Below are positions 41,982 through 50,747 of a stretch of DNA of 64,000 nt, piece after piece. The notes under the pieces were generated by a model. It saw only the letters and a list, made by a program, of their open reading frames with translations. It did no database searches and had not been told where the DNA came from. The translations under genes were made by a program, and so were the position numbers. Every line of letters begins with the position of its first letter. The stretch's first letter is position 1. The DNA is from Roseibacillus sp. (GTDB lineage: Bacteria > Verrucomicrobiota > Verrucomicrobiia > Verrucomicrobiales > Akkermansiaceae). The stretch is taken from contig JBPOGI010000002.1 of NCBI GenBank assembly GCA_051251855.1, forward strand, positions 576,001-640,000, in the 5' to 3' direction.

Positions 41982-43520
41982 ATGAGTGAACCCGAATCGA
42001 ACTGCCCCTCCTGCTCCTTGCCCATCCAGGGAGGAACAGCCGGAGGCCTTTGTCCTCGCTGCTCGCTCGACTCGGTCTTATTTCAGGAAGAAAGTGTAGT
42101 GAAGAGTCAGCCCGGAGTTCTGGAGATTGAGGGAATCGAACTGCAGGCCGAGATTGGGGAGGGAGGATTCGGGATTGTCTATCGAGCCAACCAGACGGGA
42201 ATCGTCCGCCGCAAAGTGGCCCTCAAAGTCCTCAAACCCGGGGTCGATACGCGCCAAGTTTTGCGCCGCTTCGAAGTCGAACGCCAAGCCCTCGCGCATC
42301 TGGAGCATCCGGGCATTGCGCGATTCTACGAAGCGGGACAAACCAAAGAAGGCTACCCGTATTTCACGATGGAATTGGTGGAAGGAGTTCCCATCAACGA
42401 AGTGCTTGGCGGGCAGCCCTTGACGGATGTTATGGGCCTGTTTCTTCAAGTCTGTGAAAGCGTGGCCCACGCGCACGACCAAGGAATTCTGCACCGCGAT
42501 TTGAAACCGGGGAACATCCTCGTCACTCCTGCCGGAGCGCCCAAGGTCATCGACTTCGGCCTCGCCAAAGCGCTCGACGCTGAACAAGCGCCCGGCATGA
42601 CTCTCTACACCGGAGGGGAAGCTTGGCTCGGAACCCCGGGATATGCTGCTCCTGAACAGCTGAATGCGAGCGAGATTCAGCTCGATGAAAGAGCCGACGT
42701 TTTTTCGCTCGGGGCGATCCTTTATCATCTCCTCACCGGCTTGAACCCTGGAGACGCACGTGAGATGGCGACGCTCCCTGATACTCTTCCGCCTCCGTCG
42801 GAGATTGCTCTTCAAAAAATCGATCCCGCTTTGGATGCGATTACCCTGCATGCTCTCTCGTCCAATCGGGAAGAGCGCTACTCTTCGGTGCGGGCTCTCA
42901 TGGCCGACCTTCGCCGTTATCGCAATGGTGATGCGCTCTCTATCAAAGCGCCAAAACGCCGCTCCTTCAAGGGGCTACTATTCTCAGGCGCTCTCATCCT
43001 TTCTCTTGTTGCTGGCTGGATAATTTATTCCAGCACAAATCGAAATACCAACGAACCAACTGAGGTCATCTCAATCGAAAGTGACTATCATGGTTTCACT
43101 TTTGAAGAGATTGGCTTCATCAAGCTTACCGATGAGGAAGAAAGCATCCCGCCCTTCGACGAGTCGCGGAACTTTACCTGGATTCGTTTTCAGAAGCCGG
43201 ATGGGGGAGAGTTCATCCTTTCTTACGACGGTCTCTACCGCTCAGCGACCGTGACTCAATTTTTCGTCGGGGGAAAGCGTCCGGATGAACCCAGAGTGAG
43301 AGTGATTCCCGTGGATTCAGAGGAGGACAAGAAGCTCGTCCAATTATACGAAGGGCTGATTGAGAACGCCATTGGCTTGGAACAAGCGGCTTATCTCGAA
43401 GCCACGCCTTGGAGCGAACTTCCCAAGGGCAAGGGTTCGGAACAACTCCGCATGTTCAAGATCCTCTATGGGGCGATTGAGCTCTTCAAAATTCATCGCA
43501 AAGATAACGACTGGGAGTAG
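41982..43520 (+). CDS. Membrane-anchored Hanks-type Ser/Thr protein kinase
   Basis: N-terminal CxxC-12-CxxC; GEGGFG, VALK, HRDLKPGN, DFG, APE; one TM helix; C-terminal domain of about 160 aa. Confidence 0.95.
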   Translation: MSEPESNCPSCSLPIQGGTAGGLCPRCSLDSVLFQEESVVKSQPGVLEIEGIELQAEIGEGGFGIVYRANQTGIVRRKVALKVLKPGVDTRQVLRRFEVERQALAHLEHPGIARFYEAGQTKEGYPYFTMELVEGVPINEVLGGQPLTDVMGLFLQVCESVAHAHDQGILHRDLKPGNILVTPAGAPKVIDFGLAKALDAEQAPGMTLYTGGEAWLGTPGYAAPEQLNASEIQLDERADVFSLGAILYHLLTGLNPGDAREMATLPDTLPPPSEIALQKIDPALDAITLHALSSNREERYSSVRALMADLRRYRNGDALSIKAPKRRSFKGLLFSGALILSLVAGWIIYSSTNRNTNEPTEVISIESDYHGFTFEEIGFIKLTDEEESIPPFDESRNFTWIRFQKPDGGEFILSYDGLYRSATVTQFFVGGKRPDEPRVRVIPVDSEEDKKLVQLYEGLIENAIGLEQAAYLEATPWSELPKGKGSEQLRMFKILYGAIELFKIHRKDNDWE

Positions 43521-43565
43521 AGGCCGCAGAAATAGAGCCATTCCACTGAAGTTGACCCCGTCCGT

Positions 43566-46184
43566 TCAAGGTCCGCTGATTTGTAGGCGATAGAAGCGGT
43601 GTCCTTCAGCCGGCGGTGCGCTTGTATCGAGGAAGGTGGCCGTTCCTCCAGCTGCGCGATAGCGAATCTGATTATCGTCCAAGTCCAGAAACTGCCACGG
43701 TGAGTCCAAGTGATCGGTGTATTCAATCTCGTAAGCGCGATTGGAAAGGTAATCAAAACTGAGGGTGGGAGACTGGTTAGGAGTCTCGAAGGAAAGCAAG
43801 GTCTCGCAGAGCCGCTCCATGGGATCCACCGGACTCAAGCCGAGCAAATACTCCCCGTCATTGCTTAAACCGTCGTGGTCGAAGTCTGCTGTCCTTGCGA
43901 GAACTTCTCCCGCAGTCGCCAGCGACCATTCTTCGTAAGTTTGATATCCCGCAAGCTCGTTAATCCAGGCGGTGATGAGAGCCACTCCGTCCTCGTCCAC
44001 GACATGACTCGAGATGGGTGGCATTTGCGAGGACCCACGGGTCGAGATGCGGGAGAGCAGCATCGAGTTTGTCGGCGACCCCGGAACAATGACGCGGCTC
44101 GCGGTATTGTCGCCATTGTCACCCAGCACACCATTGATGATTCCAGCCTCGGCCAGTGGAGTCTGTAGTCGGCCATCCCACGCAGCCAGTCCGGAACCAT
44201 CATGGCAATTCGCACAGTTTGCCTGCAGATAGGAACGGGCGCGAAATTCGACGCTGACATCGACCGCAGAAGTGGGAGCGAGAGCGGGGAGGGAACGATG
44301 GGAAGGGGGCGTGTTTTCAAAGTAACCCATCGTGTTCAAGGCCGACAATTGATTGTGATCCTCAGACCCAAAGAGTCTCGTCCGATTCAGTTGGGCACTA
44401 TCGAAACCCAAGGCCCAACCGCTGTCTGGAGTGTGACAACTGATGCAATTTGATCGTGAAGGGTAGTCCCACCTCTGCGTCACGGCCAGACCATCGATGA
44501 TTCGATTGAGGTCTTCGGTGGCTCCTTCTTCCGGCACCAGCACGGCATCGGTCTGACTTGGATTCCAGCGATAGGTCACGCCGTAAACATCCGTCTCTGT
44601 CTTTACCAAGAAGCGCGTCTCCAGTCGGCGGGCGGTAGCAGGGTCACCTTCGGTCAATTCAATGTCAAAGTGTTTGATCCAAACGCTGCCCGTCGGAAAG
44701 GTAAAGGGACCTTCGGAATCGTAGCCAATCTGATCCGCGACCTCAGGCACACTTAACCAACGGGATTTATCGGCCCCATCAGACCAAAAGGGGGCATTGA
44801 TTTGGTAGGGGAGAATGCCTGCTTCTGGAACCAAGGAAGCGAGATTCGAAAAGGCTCCAGTCGCGGAGAGGGTCGGAGGAAGCGAATCCGTCGGTTCCGA
44901 TAGGTTGCGAACGATCCGTTGAACCGAATCACCATAGGCTATCAGCACATCTCCGTTCCTTGGGTCTTCCCCAAAGGCCCGCGGGCCAAATCCGTAGGAG
45001 GTTGCGACCACCTCATAAGGCACAGGATTGGCGCCATTCGGGATAAGCCCTCGGATTTCCCCGTTACCCCAATCTGTGAAGAGATACGTGCCACTCAGCT
45101 CAGGCAAACGTGAACCCCGATAGACCACGCCACCAATCACCGATAGTCCAGCGTTTCGCCCATAGGCATTGATTGGTTCCACAAAGGCTACCCCCGCTGG
45201 CGGCGTCCCTACTCCAGCGCCCGTTCCCTCCCGAAAGGGCCAACCGTAGTTGCCACCTGCTGTGATTGAATTCACTTCCTCAAAGTCATTCTCCCCGACG
45301 TCGCCCAGGAAAATGGAGCCAGACCCGGAATCAATACTGAACCTCCATGGGTTCCGAAGACCGACCGCAAAGAACTCCGTTCGCAGATCGGCTGCGGCCA
45401 CCGAGAGGCCGTTAAATTCCGTCGCTCCCACGAAAGGGTTGTCACTCGGAACCCAATAGCTGCCAACAACGCTGGGATGGGGGTTGGGAGCGAGACTCCC
45501 TGGCAGGCCATCGACATCGATCCTCATCACCGCAGAGTAGAAATCCCGATCGATTTTCTGCGCGTTCCTGCGATCCCCACCATCTCCCAGCGACACATAG
45601 AGGAACCCATCCCCGCCGAATTCCAAATCTCCCCCATTGTGATTGCGCCCCCACTCATCGCCCGGCTGTCGGATCAGGACGCTCTCACTCGTGGCATCTC
45701 CCAAGTCCGCATCAGAAGCGTCGACCGTGAACCTCGCGAGGACGTCATCATGGACGATGAGCGGGCTGGGATTGCCCTGCGTATAGAAAACGTAGAAGTA
45801 TCCGTTCGTCGCATAGTTCGGATGAAAGGCCATCCCGAGCAAACCTTCCTCACCCGTCCCGCTTTCCACGCGGTCGGTCAGATCCAGAAATTCCTCCGGG
45901 ACAGGGTTTGCGAGATCCGGAATGACGAAAATTCTGCCTCCTTGATCGACAACAAAAAGGCGGTCATCATTCGGCGGCGAAACCAGATCTACCGGAGACC
46001 CCACAGACCCCAGTTGGGCATCTTCCAATTGGTAAGGCTCCAAGCTCAATATCGCAGGTGGCATTTGAAGGGTGGTGTTCGCAACCCGTTCTGGAATCTG
46101 CCCCCTTACCAGCGCACCGCCCAGAATCGAGAGGCTCAACAAACAAAGCACCTTGGTCATCGTTGAAAAATTATCAGTTATCAT
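43566..46184 (-). CDS. Secreted glucose/sorbosone (PQQ-dependent sugar) dehydrogenase-like protein with two c-type heme motifs
   Basis: [23 protein letters not shown]...GDGG, GLRNPWR, GDVG, GGNYGWP; CISCH and CANCH; DxDxDG plus C-terminal domain. Confidence 0.85.
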   Translation of the reverse strand: MITDNFSTMTKVLCLLSLSILGGALVRGQIPERVANTTLQMPPAILSLEPYQLEDAQLGSVGSPVDLVSPPNDDRLFVVDQGGRIFVIPDLANPVPEEFLDLTDRVESGTGEEGLLGMAFHPNYATNGYFYVFYTQGNPSPLIVHDDVLARFTVDASDADLGDATSESVLIRQPGDEWGRNHNGGDLEFGGDGFLYVSLGDGGDRRNAQKIDRDFYSAVMRIDVDGLPGSLAPNPHPSVVGSYWVPSDNPFVGATEFNGLSVAAADLRTEFFAVGLRNPWRFSIDSGSGSIFLGDVGENDFEEVNSITAGGNYGWPFREGTGAGVGTPPAGVAFVEPINAYGRNAGLSVIGGVVYRGSRLPELSGTYLFTDWGNGEIRGLIPNGANPVPYEVVATSYGFGPRAFGEDPRNGDVLIAYGDSVQRIVRNLSEPTDSLPPTLSATGAFSNLASLVPEAGILPYQINAPFWSDGADKSRWLSVPEVADQIGYDSEGPFTFPTGSVWIKHFDIELTEGDPATARRLETRFLVKTETDVYGVTYRWNPSQTDAVLVPEEGATEDLNRIIDGLAVTQRWDYPSRSNCISCHTPDSGWALGFDSAQLNRTRLFGSEDHNQLSALNTMGYFENTPPSHRSLPALAPTSAVDVSVEFRARSYLQANCANCHDGSGLAAWDGRLQTPLAEAGIINGVLGDNGDNTASRVIVPGSPTNSMLLSRISTRGSSQMPPISSHVVDEDGVALITAWINELAGYQTYEEWSLATAGEVLARTADFDHDGLSNDGEYLLGLSPVDPMERLCETLLSFETPNQSPTLSFDYLSNRAYEIEYTDHLDSPWQFLDLDDNQIRYRAAGGTATFLDTSAPPAEGHRFYRLQISGP

Positions 46185-46224
46185 AGCTCTGTAGGGTCCG
46201 TACGAGAGACTGTCCTCACTTCAA

Positions 46225-46253
46225 TCTCTCGATAAACGTTCCCAAACGTTTCA
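46225..46253 (-). promoter_or_regulatory. Putative ECF promoter, copy 2
   Basis: Minus strand TGAAACG-N15-CGAGAGA, upstream of the dehydrogenase-like gene. Confidence 0.65.
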
Positions 46254-46426
46254 GTCAAAATAGATTTTTTTGACCGCAAAACGAGCGAAAATAAAGTTCC
46301 TTAGAAATTGAGTTTCGTAAGTTTCGCGGTCAACTTGTCAAAGCATTCACGGAGAACAGGGAGAAGGTTTTAGCATTTTCCTTAGCTTGATTTCCCAGCA
46401 CGAAGAACCGTTGCTGTCCGATGAGA

Positions 46427-49400
46427 CTACTCCACGTTCAGGAGGTAAAAGGCGGCATCATCGAGGACGGGGAATTGAAATTCGATTTCGCCGGAGCTGT
46501 TGATGGTGGTTTCAGGGTCCGTGAAAGGGAAGGGGAGAAAGGTGCTGAGGTCAGTGGCTTTTTCAATCCCGATGGTCAGGGTAGCGGTGCCGCCTGTGAC
46601 TTGGAGCATTGGGGTGCCGACGTGGATGGCCTGGACTGCTGACTCGGTATAGAGCCCAGCAGTAGACGCGTTGGTCAGTAGGTCGTTCACTCTGTTAGGT
46701 TGTGCCGTTTCCCAATCAAAGCCGAAGCCTCGCAAGGAGTACTCGGCCCAGTCGTTCATGCCATCGCCATCGCCGTCTGTGGAGTGCGAGAGCCCTAGTC
46801 CGGAGATGTTGAAGGTGAATATCGGATCGCTGGAATCATTGGAGGTAATCAGAACGGAAGCGTTGCGCAGGGCAGTGCTAGGGCCAGAAGGGGTGAATGT
46901 AATGGTGAAATCAAGGCTCTGACTGGAAGTGAGATCGACTGTAGAGCTGATGACTGGCAGCGTCAGGCTAAACTCACCTAAGTTCGCTCCGCCTCGTGAA
47001 ATACTCTGAAGATCGAGATCAAGTTCGCCACCATTGACGAGGCGAAAGGTATAGGCCTCGCTGGTCCCCAGTTGCTGGCCATTGAACGATGCGGCGGCGC
47101 TGCTGTTGGTCAATTGAGTGCCAAAATGATCATACACGAGTAGTTCTCTTTGCCCAGAGATCGCAAATCTGTAGAGGTAGATGCTGCCGGCATCGGGGGC
47201 TTCATCGTTGTCACCGTATGCGCCGACAACGACGGAATCTCCTGAAATAGCGACAGAATGTCCGTAAAAGTCGAACGCCGCTGCATCGCCGGCGGTGAGC
47301 TTGGCTTCTTGGGACCATGAGGTTCCACTACGGGTGTAAAGATAGGCACTGCCAGAAGATGTGCCGCCATCATCGTCATTCAAGGCACCGACAACGACGG
47401 AATCCCCCGAAATGGAAACGGACTTTCCAAAGCCGTCATCGTTCGCCGGATCGCTCGCGGTCAGCTTGGCTTGTTGGGACCATGAAGAGCCACTGCGAGT
47501 GAAGACCCGGGCGCTACCTGTGGAAATACTTCCAATGAATTCCTCCTGTTCGACCCCGACGACAATGGAATCTTCTGAGATGGCGACAGAAGCTCCAAAC
47601 CAGGCATTCACCACAGGATCGTCTGAGGTGAGTTTATCTTGCTGTGACCATAGAGACCCACTACGCGTAAAGACATAGGCACTGCCAGAATTTGTCCGGA
47701 CATCATCATCTTGAAAAGCTCCGACGACGACGGAATCACCAGAAATGGCGACAGAAAATCCAAAGAAATCAGCTGCTGCAGCATCGTCCGCGGTGAGCTT
47801 GGATTCCTGGGACCATGAGGTGCCACTGCGTGTGAAGATATAGGCACTGCCAGATGAGCCTAAGCCGCAATTGTCGCTCCGGAAAGCTCCGATAACAACG
47901 GAATGGCCTGAAATAGAGACAGAACGTCCAAAGAAATCAGCGCTCGCAGCATCGTCAGCGGTCAGCTTGGCTTGCTGGGCCCATGAAGACCCACTGCGGG
48001 TGAAGACGTAGGCACTGCCAGAAGATGAGCCGCCATCGTCGTCGCCGTCCGCCCCGACGACGACAGAATCGCCTGAAATGGCGACCGATTCTCCAAATGA
48101 ATCACTTGCCGCAGCATCATTTGCCCTCAGTTTGGCTTGCAGGAACCATAAATTGCCGCTGCGTGTGAATACATAGGCACTGCCTGAGGAAATGCCGCCA
48201 TCGTCATCCAGTTTGACACCGACGACAACGGAATCGCCTGAAATAGCAACAGAATCTCCAAAGCGGTCCAACTCTGCAGCTTCGTTCGCGGTCAGCTTGT
48301 CTTGCTGGGACCACGAAGTGCCACTGCGGGTGAAGACGTAGGCACTGCCAGAAGATGAGCCATCATCGTCGTCTAGATGAGCACCGGCGACGACAGAATC
48401 GCCGGAAATGGCGACTGTTTTTCCAAAGTTGTCATTAGCCGCAGCATCGCTAGCAGTCAGCTTGTCTTGCTGAGACCATGAAGAGCCACTGCGGGTGAAG
48501 ATGTAGACCCCGCCAGAACTTAGACCAGCGTGGGAGTCACCGTTGGCACCGACGGCGATGGAATCGTCAGAAATAGCGACAGATTCTCCAAAGAAAGCAA
48601 GCGCTGTGGCATCGCCAGCGTTCAGCTTGGCTTGTTGGGACCATAAAGAGCCACTGCGGGTGAAGACATAAGCGCTGCCGGAAGCTGAGCCGGCATCGTC
48701 ATCACTGTAGGCACCGACGACGATGGTATCGCCTGAAATAGCGACAGAATCTCCGAAGTTATCACTGGCCGCGGCATCGCCAGCGGTGAGCTTGTCTTGT
48801 TGGGACCAAGAAGAACCACTGCGGTTGAAAACGTAGGCACTGCCGTAATCGGTGCCGATGTTGTCGTCAAGATTAGCGCCGACAACAGCGGAATCGCCGG
48901 AAATGGCGACGGAAATTCCAAAGTTATCACCAGCCGCAGCATCACTCGCGGTGAGCTTGGCTTGCTGAGCCCACGAAGAGCCACTGCGGTTGAAAACGTA
49001 AGCACTGCCAGAAAAGGACCCGTTGTCATCGTTCAGACGAGCACCGACGATAACGGAATCGCCAGAAATGGCGACCGAGTATCCGAAGTTGTCTTCAGAA
49101 GCGGCATCACCAGCCGTGAGCTTTTCTTGCAAGGACCATAAAGAGCCAACGCGGGTGAATAGGTAGGCACTGCCGGAATTTAGTCCGCCATCGTCGTCCC
49201 GATAAGCGCCGACGGCGACAGAATCCCCTGAAATGGCGACCGAGAATCCAAACCTGTCCTCCCTCGCAGCATCGTCAGCGGTCAGTTTGGCTTGCAGGGA
49301 CCAGGAAGAACCAAAGCGTGTAAAGATATAGGCACTGCCGGAGGCAGAGCCGCCATCGTCATCTCGTTCGGCACCGACGACGACGGTGTCTCCTGAAATA

Positions 49401-50401
49401 GCGACCGAGGTTCCAAATCTATCACTGGACGAGGCATCGTTCGCGGAAAGTTCGGCTTCTTCATTGACGATCAAAGGATCAACGGTCACGGGGTAGACGG
49501 CTTGGGCATCATTATAGGCAAGTAAAAAACCGGTCTCGATTGGTTCCATCGTGGCCGGGAGTTCCTGGCCTTGGGCATCCACGACGAGGAGTTTGGAATA
49601 GCTGAGCACGGTTCTCTTACCTTCGTTAAAGTTGAGTTGGTAACTGCCATCCTCAGCGGTATGGGCAGCCGCTGTGAGACCGTAGAGAGCGACTTCGATC
49701 ACAACCTCTTCGGTTGGATTTAGATGTGCGGGGCGTTGGGCAACGGTGTAGCCATGCTCCATCGCGACGACGCCATTATGATACCACTCGGTCAGTTCGG
49801 GGCTATGTCGATATTCGACCCTCGTGCTGGAGGTTTCATTTTTTTCAGGAGAAGCACTAAGTGGAATGTTGTTTCCAGCGAAGGAAAGCACGTTCATCTG
49901 CGCGGTCCAAGAGGTGGAGGCCTTCTCGGCATCTTCCTCAGTATAGGTCCGATCTGAGGAAACAAACTGTATCCCTTGAGGCCCAAATCTTGTGGTGAGA
50001 TTCTGCTTAGGGTGCAGGGCATAGAAATCGAAACCGAGGTTTTCCTCACGTTGGCTCCACGACTCAGGGATGGGTCGGATCTCACGACGCGCCTCCGAGA
50101 ATGCAGCCCAGAGGGACTTTTGCTCCGATTGAGAAAGCTCCTCGATCTCCTCTTGGGATTTGTTTGTCTTGTTAAGATAAGCAGGCGAGGAGTTAGTAAC
50201 GAGGTGGCGATTATTTTGACTAACTTCAGGTTGGGAGGGAGATGTAGTGGGAGTCAAAGATGGTGAAGATGTATCTGATGCAGCCCTATCAGTTTGGAAA
50301 TCCTCTTTGGTTTTCAGTTCTTTGGAGTCATCACTAGGCTTATATAAAAAGGCAGCTCCGATGAGAGCGATGACGGGCAGGAAATAACGGATATTTTTCA
50401 T
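46427..50401 (-). CDS. Large secreted FG-GAP-repeat (integrin-alpha-like beta-propeller) protein
   Basis: Hydrophobic N-terminus; domain ending YPVTVDP; 14 repeats of about 55 aa (KLTA.DAA..D.FG.SVAISGD.VVVGA..DDD.G..SGSAYVF.RSG..W.QQ); Ig-like domain; DGDGDG plus C-terminal domain. Confidence 0.9.
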   Translation of the reverse strand: MKNIRYFLPVIALIGAAFLYKPSDDSKELKTKEDFQTDRAASDTSSPSLTPTTSPSQPEVSQNNRHLVTNSSPAYLNKTNKSQEEIEELSQSEQKSLWAAFSEARREIRPIPESWSQREENLGFDFYALHPKQNLTTRFGPQGIQFVSSDRTYTEEDAEKASTSWTAQMNVLSFAGNNIPLSASPEKNETSSTRVEYRHSPELTEWYHNGVVAMEHGYTVAQRPAHLNPTEEVVIEVALYGLTAAAHTAEDGSYQLNFNEGKRTVLSYSKLLVVDAQGQELPATMEPIETGFLLAYNDAQAVYPVTVDPLIVNEEAELSANDASSSDRFGTSVAISGDTVVVGAERDDDGGSASGSAYIFTRFGSSWSLQAKLTADDAAREDRFGFSVAISGDSVAVGAYRDDDGGLNSGSAYLFTRVGSLWSLQEKLTAGDAASEDNFGYSVAISGDSVIVGARLNDDNGSFSGSAYVFNRSGSSWAQQAKLTASDAAAGDNFGISVAISGDSAVVGANLDDNIGTDYGSAYVFNRSGSSWSQQDKLTAGDAAASDNFGDSVAISGDTIVVGAYSDDDAGSASGSAYVFTRSGSLWSQQAKLNAGDATALAFFGESVAISDDSIAVGANGDSHAGLSSGGVYIFTRSGSSWSQQDKLTASDAAANDNFGKTVAISGDSVVAGAHLDDDDGSSSGSAYVFTRSGTSWSQQDKLTANEAAELDRFGDSVAISGDSVVVGVKLDDDGGISSGSAYVFTRSGNLWFLQAKLRANDAAASDSFGESVAISGDSVVVGADGDDDGGSSSGSAYVFTRSGSSWAQQAKLTADDAASADFFGRSVSISGHSVVIGAFRSDNCGLGSSGSAYIFTRSGTSWSQESKLTADDAAAADFFGFSVAISGDSVVVGAFQDDDVRTNSGSAYVFTRSGSLWSQQDKLTSDDPVVNAWFGASVAISEDSIVVGVEQEEFIGSISTGSARVFTRSGSSWSQQAKLTASDPANDDGFGKSVSISGDSVVVGALNDDDGGTSSGSAYLYTRSGTSWSQEAKLTAGDAAAFDFYGHSVAISGDSVVVGAYGDNDEAPDAGSIYLYRFAISGQRELLVYDHFGTQLTNSSAAASFNGQQLGTSEAYTFRLVNGGELDLDLQSISRGGANLGEFSLTLPVISSTVDLTSSQSLDFTITFTPSGPSTALRNASVLITSNDSSDPIFTFNISGLGLSHSTDGDGDGMNDWAEYSLRGFGFDWETAQPNRVNDLLTNASTAGLYTESAVQAIHVGTPMLQVTGGTATLTIGIEKATDLSTFLPFPFTDPETTINSSGEIEFQFPVLDDAAFYLLNVE
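47160..49460 (-). repeat. Intragenic tandem repeat, 14 units of about 165 bp
   Basis: GAGCCACTGCGGGTGAAGA and GAAATGGCGAC-like blocks recur with a ~165-nt period; boundaries approximate. Confidence 0.9.
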
Positions 50402-50529
50402 GTAAGTAAGACGTGAGTTTTTGAAAATTTGAGAGTCCCTATGCTATAGACCAAAAAACGGCTACGCGACGGAAAAATCTCCCTTCGGCACATCTTTCGG
50501 AACTGCAACGGAGACCGTTCTCATCTCAA

Positions 50530-50558
50530 TCTCTCGACAAACATCCCGAAACGTTTCA
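50530..50558 (-). promoter_or_regulatory. Putative ECF promoter, copy 3
   Basis: Minus strand TGAAACG-N15-CGAGAGA, upstream of the FG-GAP gene, inside a ~70-bp block similar to 46203-46272. Confidence 0.65.
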
Positions 50559-50747
50559 GGCAAAATGAATCTTTTTTTGCAGGAGAAATCTGAGAACCAC
50601 CAATTGGGCTGCGTTCGGCGCATAGATTGCGTATCGTGGAGGGGGGAGGAATCTCGACCGGTTTTTTGTGAGTATTGAGATCATGCCGATAGCTTTTGCT
50701 GAGATTGGGAAGAAAGGTTCCAGTCGATCAGAAAGTATGATGAGCCT

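Noticed and set aside
47160..49460. Regular repeats as a possible CRISPR array or DGR
   Set aside because: The 165-bp period is in-frame and protein-coding; no spacers, cas genes or reverse transcriptase.
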